DNA from: Polyangiaceae bacterium
Lineage (GTDB): Bacteria; Myxococcota_A; Polyangia; Polyangiales; Polyangiaceae
DNA length: 12,146 nucleotides
NCBI GenBank assembly: GCA_044222475.1
Contig: JBGANF010000192.1
Coordinates: 1-12,146 of the forward strand
Reading direction: 5' to 3'
In this document: in pieces, positions 1 to 6,341 of the stretch
How positions within the stretch are numbered: the stretch's first letter is position 1
Layout: each line of letters starts with the position of its first letter
Notes under the pieces: generated by a model
Told to the model about the DNA's origin: nothing
Database searches by the model: none
What the model saw: the letters and a program-made list of their open reading frames with translations, nothing else
Translations under genes and position numbers: made by a program

Positions 1-1
1 G

Positions 2-427
2 TCGCGCCGAGACCCGGCCGTGCCTCGTGGTCTCGTCCACGGCGACGTGTTTCGCGACAACGTCCTCTGGGAGGGCGATCGTTTGTCGGCGATCTTGGAC
101 TTCGAGAGCGCGTCGGAGGGGCCGTTCGTCTACGACCTGGCGGTCACGGCGCTGGCGTTCGGCTACGGCGATGGCTTCGTGCCGGACCTCGTCCGCGGAT
201 TGTTAGCCGGCTACCAAGAAGCGAGACCCCTGACCCACCCCGAGCGGGCAGCGCTCTTCCACGAGGCCCGCGCGGCCGCGCTACGGTTCACCATCACGCG
301 AATCACCGACTACGCGATGCGCCCGGAAGCGAAGATCGCTCAGAAGGACTACCGGCGGTTCGTCGGTCGCCTCGCGGCGCTCGATGCGATGGGCGAGTCC
401 GGCTTCCGCGATCTCGTGGGGATTTAG
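2..427 (+). CDS. thrB: Homoserine kinase type II (APH/choline kinase-like phosphotransferase), 5'-truncated by the window edge
   Basis: Frame is open from position 2. Motifs PRGLVHGDVFRDNVLW (Brenner HxDxxxxN), ILDFE, YDLAV and ALRF..R..D......KD match the C-terminal half of Pseudomonas-type ThrB. Confidence 0.8.
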   Translation, partial: SRRDPAVPRGLVHGDVFRDNVLWEGDRLSAILDFESASEGPFVYDLAVTALAFGYGDGFVPDLVRGLLAGYQEARPLTHPERAALFHEARAAALRFTITRITDYAMRPEAKIAQKDYRRFVGRLAALDAMGESGFRDLVGI

Positions 428-459
428 CCGGCGACGTCGCGTCGCTCGTTCATGGGAAG

Positions 460-543
460 AACGCCAGGACGCAAGGGTCACGGAAGGACGAAACCCAATC
501 CTCCTGGTGAGAGGGGGTTTGGTCCTCGTTGCTCTCGCGTCCT
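460..543. repeat. Left arm of an inverted-repeat pair; itself an imperfect palindrome
   Basis: 460-532 matches the reverse complement of 1019-1088 (38 of the outer 42 nt identical by hand alignment). Internally AGGACGC (466-472) pairs with GCGTCCT (537-543), AGGAC with GTCCT, and AAACCC with GGGTTT. Confidence 0.85.
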
Positions 544-953
544 CAACTCGCGTAGACCAGATCCGTTTCGACCAGCCTGCACGATATCCGCCCGGCACCC
601 ATCCGCAGCACCACCGCGGTGTCCTGATAGACGTCGCCATGGATCTCGATCGCGTTCAACGTCGCGCCCACCGGCACGTCGGTCAGAGCGTCGTCGTGTA
701 CGATCGTCCAACCGTCGCCGAGGAACGCCGCTGGGATGGGGCCGGAGATGACCTCCATGAAGTCTTCGTTCGCTCCAGGGATGACCGTCACAATCCCGTT
801 GTCGAACGTGAGCTCGGTCGTGCCGTGGCCGAGCTCGTCTGCCGATGTTCCGAGATTGAGTACCGACCGCCGTACTCGAAGGAGGCGACGACCGACGAAA
901 CGCCTCAGCGAGTCGAGCCCTCGGAGTCGGCCTGCGTTCTCGTGGTCGATCAC
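543..953 (-). CDS. Orphan hypothetical protein (136 aa), beta-rich with an apparent two-fold internal repeat
   Basis: ORF 543..1022 in the track. GTG at 953 has a GAGAGGAG Shine-Dalgarno just upstream (plus-strand 963-970), so 953 is the likely start. Globular-protein-like composition; lies wholly between the two repeat arms. Confidence 0.7.
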   Translation of the reverse strand: MIDHENAGRLRGLDSLRRFVGRRLLRVRRSVLNLGTSADELGHGTTELTFDNGIVTVIPGANEDFMEVISGPIPAAFLGDGWTIVHDDALTDVPVGATLNAIEIHGDVYQDTAVVLRMGAGRISCRLVETDLVYAS

Positions 954-1018
954 TGGTGGGAGCTCCTCTCGGCACGTCAATCGAGAGGTCTGGACGTTCA
1001 AAGGCGACGACGGCTGAC

Positions 1019-1088
1019 GCAACGAAGACCAGCCCCTCTCATGAGCGGATTGGGTTTCGCCTTTCGGTGACCCTCGCGTCCTGGCGTT
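1019..1088. repeat. Right arm of the inverted-repeat pair
   Basis: Reverse complement aacgccaggacgcgagggtcaccgaaaggcgaaacccaatccgctcatgagaggggctggtcttcgttgc aligns to 460-532 at about 80% identity; central CTCATGAG palindrome at 1038-1045. Confidence 0.85.
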
Positions 1089-1119
1089 TTTCTTCGCGGA
1101 GCGTACGGAGCGTCGCGAG

Positions 1120-2934
1120 TCACACCTCGAGCGCCACGCGCAGGCGCTCTTCTTTCTTCCATAGGCTGTCGCGCATTTCCTGGAGACGCTTCGCCGTTCC
1201 TTCGACCTTCTCGGCGAAGCCCTCGACGTCCTTCTTCAGCGTCTCTTCGTCCTTCGTCCCCGCCTCGCGCTCGGTCTGCGCGGCGCGGAGAACCTCGAGG
1301 ACCTCGCGGTAGAGCTCTTCGCTCGCGGTGACGACCCAGGCGTCGAGCTTCTGCGCGAAGTCGTCGATGATCTCGTCGATCTTCGGGCCGACCTTCTCGG
1401 CGACTTGGCGCACCACGTCGGGCGCTATCTCCTTCGCGCGCTTCTTGTACTCGCCGTCGATGCGCCCCTTGAGCATGTAGGCCGCGACCGGCGCGGCCAC
1501 GAGCAGGACGCCGCCGAGCATCGCGTTGACGAACAGCGTCCCGAGCCCGATGGCGAAGAGCGCGGTCACGCCGATGTCGTACGAGAACGTGTCGACCTGG
1601 ACCTCGAGGCGCTTCACGTCGCCACCGAGGGCGGCGGCCACCCGGCCGGTCGCGTCGTGCGCATCGTCGCGGACGAGGGCGATGGTGCGCTCGGTCAGCG
1701 TCTCGAGCTGGCCGGCGATCTCCTTGGACTCGGCCTCGGCCCAGGAGCGGAACGTGTCCTCCAGGAAGCTCGGCAGGTACTGCTTGAGCTCGTCACCCTT
1801 GGCCGAGTCGATGACCTCGGGGAGCTTCCGGATCACGTCGTCGACGAAGCGGTCGAGGTCCTTGCGGGCGCCGACCTTGATGCCGGTCACCTCCTCGCGG
1901 ATCTGCGAGCGGCGCTGCTCGAGCGTGCCGGTGTGACCGTGGAGATCGTTCTCGAGGGCGGCGATGCGGCGGGCGAGCTCGTCGCTCTTCATCGCCAGCG
2001 TGCGGCGCCGCGCGTCGACGCCCTTGCGGAGCAGCTCGGCCGTCGCCAGGCCTTCGCCCAGCGCGTTGTCGAGCAGGATCCGGCCGCGTTCTTCGGCGAG
2101 GAACCGGGTGAGGTACGAAAGAAGCTCCGGGAAGCCGCTCTCCCCGCGCTTTCCGGCGAGGGCGGTCTGCGAGCTCACCGGGTACACGACGGGGTCGCGC
2201 ACGAGCTTCGCGAGCTTCTCCTTGGCGTAGGCGAACGCCTCTTCGCGCTCGGCCGGAGTGAGGATGTCCCACTTCGTGATCACGAAGACGATCTTGTCGC
2301 GCGAGGCCTTGAGGAGCTTCTCCTCGAGGAACTGCCGCTCGCTCTCCTTCAGGATCTGCCCGGCGTCGAGGAGGAACAGCACCGCGTCGGCGCGCGGGAT
2401 GTAGCTGTACGTGATGTCCGCGCGCTGGAGCGACAGGTCGTTCACGCCTGGCGTGTCCACGAGGAGGATGCGCTCGCGAAGGAGCGGGGCGGGGTAGCCG
2501 ACCTCGAGGTAGTCGATCTCGTCGGTGACCTCGCGCTCGCCGCCGACCGCGAAGCTTCGCACCTGATCGAACGGGAGCGACTCGCGCTTGCCGGACGTGT
2601 AGACGACCGTCGCCTCGGGCTTGTCGGCGTAGCAGAGGTGGTGAATCGCCGCGGTCGTCGGGGTGACGCCCACCGGGAGCGCCTCCTTCTCGAGCAGGGC
2701 GTTCACGAACGACGATTTCCCGTGGTTGAACTCGCCGACGACCACGAGGTGGAACCGATCTTCCTCGAGCTTTCGCACGAGGTCCCGCTGAACGCGCTCC
2801 CGAAGCGACTTCGCCCCGAGACCGTCGGCCAGCTCACCGAGCTCCTGGAGAGCCACCCCGACGTCGAGCTTCCGCTCACGAAAACCGGCCAGACCGTCCT
2901 TCGTCTCCCCCGTCTCCGTCGTCTCCTCGGTCAT
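1120..2934 (-). CDS. Bacterial dynamin-like protein (dynamin family GTPase), 604 aa
   Basis: G1 VVGEFNHGKSS, G2 PTT, G3 LVDTPG, G4 TKWD; helical/coiled-coil trunk; hydrophobic paddle IGVTALFAIGLGTLFVNAMLGGVLLVAAPVAAYML. ATG at 2934 follows a purine-rich tract; TTG at 2955 is the alternative start. Confidence 0.9.
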   Translation of the reverse strand: MTEETTETGETKDGLAGFRERKLDVGVALQELGELADGLGAKSLRERVQRDLVRKLEEDRFHLVVVGEFNHGKSSFVNALLEKEALPVGVTPTTAAIHHLCYADKPEATVVYTSGKRESLPFDQVRSFAVGGEREVTDEIDYLEVGYPAPLLRERILLVDTPGVNDLSLQRADITYSYIPRADAVLFLLDAGQILKESERQFLEEKLLKASRDKIVFVITKWDILTPAEREEAFAYAKEKLAKLVRDPVVYPVSSQTALAGKRGESGFPELLSYLTRFLAEERGRILLDNALGEGLATAELLRKGVDARRRTLAMKSDELARRIAALENDLHGHTGTLEQRRSQIREEVTGIKVGARKDLDRFVDDVIRKLPEVIDSAKGDELKQYLPSFLEDTFRSWAEAESKEIAGQLETLTERTIALVRDDAHDATGRVAAALGGDVKRLEVQVDTFSYDIGVTALFAIGLGTLFVNAMLGGVLLVAAPVAAYMLKGRIDGEYKKRAKEIAPDVVRQVAEKVGPKIDEIIDDFAQKLDAWVVTASEELYREVLEVLRAAQTEREAGTKDEETLKKDVEGFAEKVEGTAKRLQEMRDSLWKKEERLRVALEV

Positions 2935-2962
2935 CTTTTTCTCTTCTTCCTTCAATTCAACG

Positions 2963-3859
2963 TCAGGCGTCGCCCTTGAGGAGCGCGCGAACTCGGTCGT
3001 CCACTTCGGTCATCGAGAGGCCGGAGGTGCTGCGCCCGGTCGCCTTTTGGTAGAGCTCGCTCTCGGCGAAGACGCGCATCGCGAGGACGCGCTTCGGGAG
3101 GTACGGGTGCGAGGCGAATGCCTCCATGTACTTGCCGATCCCGTCTTTACCTTCTTGGTACTGCTCGAGGAACGCTTCGAGGTTGAACTCGTCGTAGAGC
3201 TTGCGCGAGCCGAGGGCGAGCTTGGTCAGCGCGCGGGCCGACGTCGCATCGCTCTTCGAGCAGAGCATGCCGGCGCGGTCGCACGTGATCTCCGCTCGGC
3301 GCGACCAGGCCATCAGGGCCACCACCGCCGGCTCGGCGATCCAGCGCACGAAGACGCTCGCCATGCGGGTGAGGAAGTGGAGCGTCGTCAGGTAGACGAC
3401 GTGCGAGTTGTGGATGTGGCCGCACTCGTGCCCGAGGACGGTGAGGAGCTCTTCGTCCGAGTAGTGATCGATCAGCGCCGAGTGCACCATGATGAACGAC
3501 TCTTCGTTCGTTCCGTACGTGGCGGCGTTGAGGCTCGGATTGTTGACGATGTAGACCTGCGGGGCCGGGATGTGGAGCGTGTCCGCGCACGTCTTCACCA
3601 AGCTTTGGATGCGAGGGAACTGCCGCTCCGAGACCTTGACCGACTGACCGAGCAGCTGGTTCTTCCAGACCTGCTTCCACATGCGCACCGTGGCGCCGAC
3701 CGCCATCTCGACCGGCTTCACCTTCTCGAAGGTGGCGCGGGTCTGCTTGTCCGAAATGTAGGCGTACTCGTGGCCGGACGTAGTGGGGTCGCCGGTGACG
3801 CGCTCGTTCTTCTTGCGAGCGACGTAGGCGGCGAAATCGAGCTCCGGTGCTTGAGCCAT
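2963..3859 (-). CDS. M48 family Zn metallopeptidase (HtpX/Ste24/Oma1 family)
   Basis: LNAATYG; EELLTVLGHECGH (HEXXH, 3416-3430); SRRAEITCDRAG (third Zn ligand Glu); ASHPYLPKR. RBS GAGGAG at 3866-3871. Confidence 0.9.
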   Translation of the reverse strand: MAQAPELDFAAYVARKKNERVTGDPTTSGHEYAYISDKQTRATFEKVKPVEMAVGATVRMWKQVWKNQLLGQSVKVSERQFPRIQSLVKTCADTLHIPAPQVYIVNNPSLNAATYGTNEESFIMVHSALIDHYSDEELLTVLGHECGHIHNSHVVYLTTLHFLTRMASVFVRWIAEPAVVALMAWSRRAEITCDRAGMLCSKSDATSARALTKLALGSRKLYDEFNLEAFLEQYQEGKDGIGKYMEAFASHPYLPKRVLAMRVFAESELYQKATGRSTSGLSMTEVDDRVRALLKGDA

Positions 3860-3885
3860 TAGGTTCTCCTCGGCAATTGACCCCT

Positions 3886-3914
3886 AACGTAACGACGGCA
3901 CAGACCTACGGCAA
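3886..3914 (-). promoter_or_regulatory. Putative sigma70/sigmaA promoter of the M48-dynamin operon
   Basis: Minus strand TTGCCG (3914-3909), 17-nt spacer, TACGTT (3891-3886), followed by the RBS and ATG 3859. Confidence 0.6.
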
Positions 3915-3955
3915 TGGCGGGAACGAGCTTCCTTTTTTCCATTTCCCCGCCGAAG

Positions 3956-4969
3956 TCAGGGAAGGTGCGAGGACGGCTCGACGTTACCCTGAGTGAACCG
4001 CACGACCGTCGCGCGGCCGTCGAACGCGCCGGCCGCCCACAGGATGATTCCGGTCGCGACGACCGCGGCCACGCCGCCGATCGTGATCGGGATCCACACC
4101 GGAAACGGCCGCGGCGGAACCACCGGTCCGGTACCGCCCGGCGTCCGACGCAGATCGAGGAACGTGCCGCACGTGGGTCCGTTGCACACCGCCACCCGCG
4201 CCCCGTCCGCGGTCGTCGTCGCGGCGAGCCACGTCTCGCATCGCGCGCCCGGTCCGGCGGCGGCGCCGTCGCTGCCGATCGAGGCGTGCGCGAGGTCCTC
4301 GCGGGAGCAGCTCGGTGGGGTTGGCGGTGCGAAGCGGAGCGGAGCTTCGTCCGCGACGCCGAACCACGACGCCGCGACGACGTGCGTGCCCCTTCGGAGG
4401 AGCGCGTGATGCTCGCCGACGGTGAGGCTCACGCTCGCGCCAGCGACGGCCACGCCGTCGATCGCCACGTCGACGTGGTCGAGTCCGGCGCGATCGAGCG
4501 GCACGCTCACGCGCTCCGGTGGAGTCACGCTCTCGGGCTCGCCGAGCGCGCTCGCTCGCCCGCCGTCGAGCCCGGCGGCGGCGCGCCACTCGCGCCCAGC
4601 GCGTGCCGCGTCGCGCGGCTCTGCGCGGAGGAAACGACTCGCGAGCAGACGATGGGCCTCGGCCGCGAGCCACGCCGCCTGCGGCAGCTCGGGGTGGGCG
4701 TGGAGCACCGTCAGCGCGTGGGCTGCGGCGCGCTCGATGGCCTCGCCGTCGAGCCGCGCGATGGCGTCACGGCCGGCGAGCAAGCTCGCCTCGACGTCGT
4801 TCACGACGCGGGGGTCGGCGGCGAGCGCCGTCGTCTTGCCGTCGCTCGGAGCGACGAGGCGGAAGCCACGCGCCTGCGCGAAGCGGGCGAGCAGCGCCTC
4901 GGCCTCGGCAGACGGTGGAGTCCCCGCTTCGCCCGCAGGCGCCACCCAGACGACGGGTGTGTCGATCAC
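3956..4969 (-). CDS. Hypothetical membrane-anchored protein (337 aa): helical N-terminal part, PEGA-like beta domain, Cys-containing region, C-terminal TM helix
   Basis: GTG at 4969 overlaps the bcp stop (GTGA). VDVAIDG...SLTVGEHHALL is PEGA-like; TM helix WIPITIGGVAAVVATGIILWAAG. Confidence 0.65.
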   Translation of the reverse strand: MIDTPVVWVAPAGEAGTPPSAEAEALLARFAQARGFRLVAPSDGKTTALAADPRVVNDVEASLLAGRDAIARLDGEAIERAAAHALTVLHAHPELPQAAWLAAEAHRLLASRFLRAEPRDAARAGREWRAAAGLDGGRASALGEPESVTPPERVSVPLDRAGLDHVDVAIDGVAVAGASVSLTVGEHHALLRRGTHVVAASWFGVADEAPLRFAPPTPPSCSREDLAHASIGSDGAAAGPGARCETWLAATTTADGARVAVCNGPTCGTFLDLRRTPGGTGPVVPPRPFPVWIPITIGGVAAVVATGIILWAAGAFDGRATVVRFTQGNVEPSSHLP

Positions 4970-5508
4970 TTCTTCTTCTTCGCTCTCGTAGCGGACGGGG
5001 ATTTCTTCGCGGCGACCTTCTTCTTGCCCTTGGCCTTCGGCGTGGCCGCGGGCGCTGCGCCACCACCGACGAAGGCGAGCACCGCCTCTGCGTGACCGTC
5101 CACCTTCACGCTGGGCCAGACGCGCCGGATCCTGCCGCCTTCGACGACGAAGGTGGAGCGAATCACGCCCTCCACCTTCTTGCCGTACATCGTCTTCTCG
5201 CCCCACGCGCCGAACGCGCGGTGAGTCGCCAGATCGGGATCCGACAGGAGGGGGACCGTGAGGGAGTAGTTGTGCTTGAACTTCGTGTGGCTCGCGAGGC
5301 TGTCGCGCGAGATGCCATAGACGGCCACGCCCTGCTTCTTGAACGCCCGCAGCTGGGCGCTGAACGCCTGGGACTCGCGGGTGCAGCCTGGCGTGCTGTC
5401 GCGCGGGTAGAAGTAGAGCACCGCCTTGCCGAGGGACGACGAGCGCACCGTCGATCCGTCGTCGCAGGGCAGGGAAAACGTGGGGACGGCGTCGCCTTCT
5501 TTGAGCAT
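4966..5508 (-). CDS. bcp: Peroxiredoxin BCP/PrxQ with a Lys/Ala-rich C-terminal tail
   Basis: VLYFYPRDSTPGCT (PxxxTxxC), GIS.D...SH..F, LLSD, EKTMYGK...G..RSTF, VKVDGH; RBS AGAGGAG upstream of ATG 5508. Confidence 0.92.
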   Translation of the reverse strand: MLKEGDAVPTFSLPCDDGSTVRSSSLGKAVLYFYPRDSTPGCTRESQAFSAQLRAFKKQGVAVYGISRDSLASHTKFKHNYSLTVPLLSDPDLATHRAFGAWGEKTMYGKKVEGVIRSTFVVEGGRIRRVWPSVKVDGHAEAVLAFVGGGAAPAATPKAKGKKKVAAKKSPSATRAKKKK

Positions 5509-5561
5509 GGACTCCTCTGGGGACGTAGGCGCCCGCTGGAAAATGCGGTAGCCTTCAGTAA

Positions 5562-6341
5562 TTGCAACTCAATTTCGCCGGACGTGAAGTCACGATCAAG
5601 CTCGTTTATTACGGGCCTGCGCTTTCCGGGAAGACCACCAATCTTCGCGCGCTCCACCACTTGACCAGTGACGAGAGCCGCGGACGGCTCATGACCCTCG
5701 AAACGCGCGACGATCGCACGTTGTTCTTCGACATGCTGCCGCTCGTGTTCCGCGCGGAGGGGCCGTCCACCCCGCGCCAACCGGGTCAGCGGTCGCTCAC
5801 CCCGAGCGAGAGCGGCATGGGGATGAGCGTTCGCCTCAAAGTGTTCACCGTGCCGGGGCAGGTTCTTCACGGAGCGACGCGTCGACTCGTGCTCCAAGGG
5901 GCGGACGGTGTCGCGTTCATCGCCGACTCGCAGATCTCCGAGACCGAAGCCAACGCAGCGTCCTTCCTCGACCTGCGCTCGAACCTCCGCGAGATGAACA
6001 TCTCGATGAAGGACATGCCGCTCGTCATCCAGTTCAACAAGCGCGACCTCGCCAACGTGAGGCCCGACGCCGAGATCGAGCAGCTCGCCGCGCGTGGGCG
6101 AGAGCCGGTGTTTCGCGCGAGCGCGGTCAAGGGCGACGGCGTGCTCGAGACGTTCTTCGGCTTGCTCCACCTCGTGTGGACCAAGCTCGAAGCAGAGCAT
6201 CACCTCTCGCGAACGATCGGCGTCGAGCCCGAAGAGTTCCTCCCCGTCGCGGCGCGAAAGCTCGGCCTCGAGACGGACGTTTCGCACTACCTCGGAGCGT
6301 GTGTCGGGGGCTCGCTCGACTACAAGAAGGCGGCGCGGTGA
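5562..6341 (+). CDS. sofG: MglA-family small GTPase, SofG-like
   Basis: KLVYYGPALSGKTTNL (G1), DDRTLFFD (switch I with Arg), TVPGQ (G3), NKRDL (G4). The QLN...RE N-terminus, RGRL.T.ET.DDRT, ATRR.VLQGAD and the C-terminal extension resemble M. xanthus SofG more than MglA (from recall). No adjacent mglB. Confidence 0.8.
   Translation: MQLNFAGREVTIKLVYYGPALSGKTTNLRALHHLTSDESRGRLMTLETRDDRTLFFDMLPLVFRAEGPSTPRQPGQRSLTPSESGMGMSVRLKVFTVPGQVLHGATRRLVLQGADGVAFIADSQISETEANAASFLDLRSNLREMNISMKDMPLVIQFNKRDLANVRPDAEIEQLAARGREPVFRASAVKGDGVLETFFGLLHLVWTKLEAEHHLSRTIGVEPEEFLPVAARKLGLETDVSHYLGACVGGSLDYKKAAR

Noticed and set aside
431..445. Short palindrome GCGACGTCGC after thrB as a terminator
   Set aside because: No loop or U-tract; such palindromes are common at this GC content.
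384..1070. 228-aa plus-strand ORF and other overlapping ORFs across the cassette
   Set aside because: Arg-rich, run through the repeats and lack an RBS; the minus-strand 543-953 ORF has a strong SD and protein-like composition.
460..1088. Integron cassette with attC sites, or an autonomous IS element
   Set aside because: The arms are inverted relative to each other, whereas attC arrays are direct. There are no proper RYYYAAC/GTTRRRY ends, the cargo has no transposase motifs, and no target-site duplication is visible.
1405..3862. Long plus-strand ORFs 1405-2979 and 3047-3862
   Set aside because: Antisense shadows of the dynamin and M48 genes, typical of high-GC codon bias; no recognisable motifs.
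4970..5206. N-terminal extension of the 416-aa ORF 3956-5206
   Set aside because: Overlaps bcp in another frame and is Arg/Gly-rich; GTG 4969 coupled to the bcp stop is more plausible.
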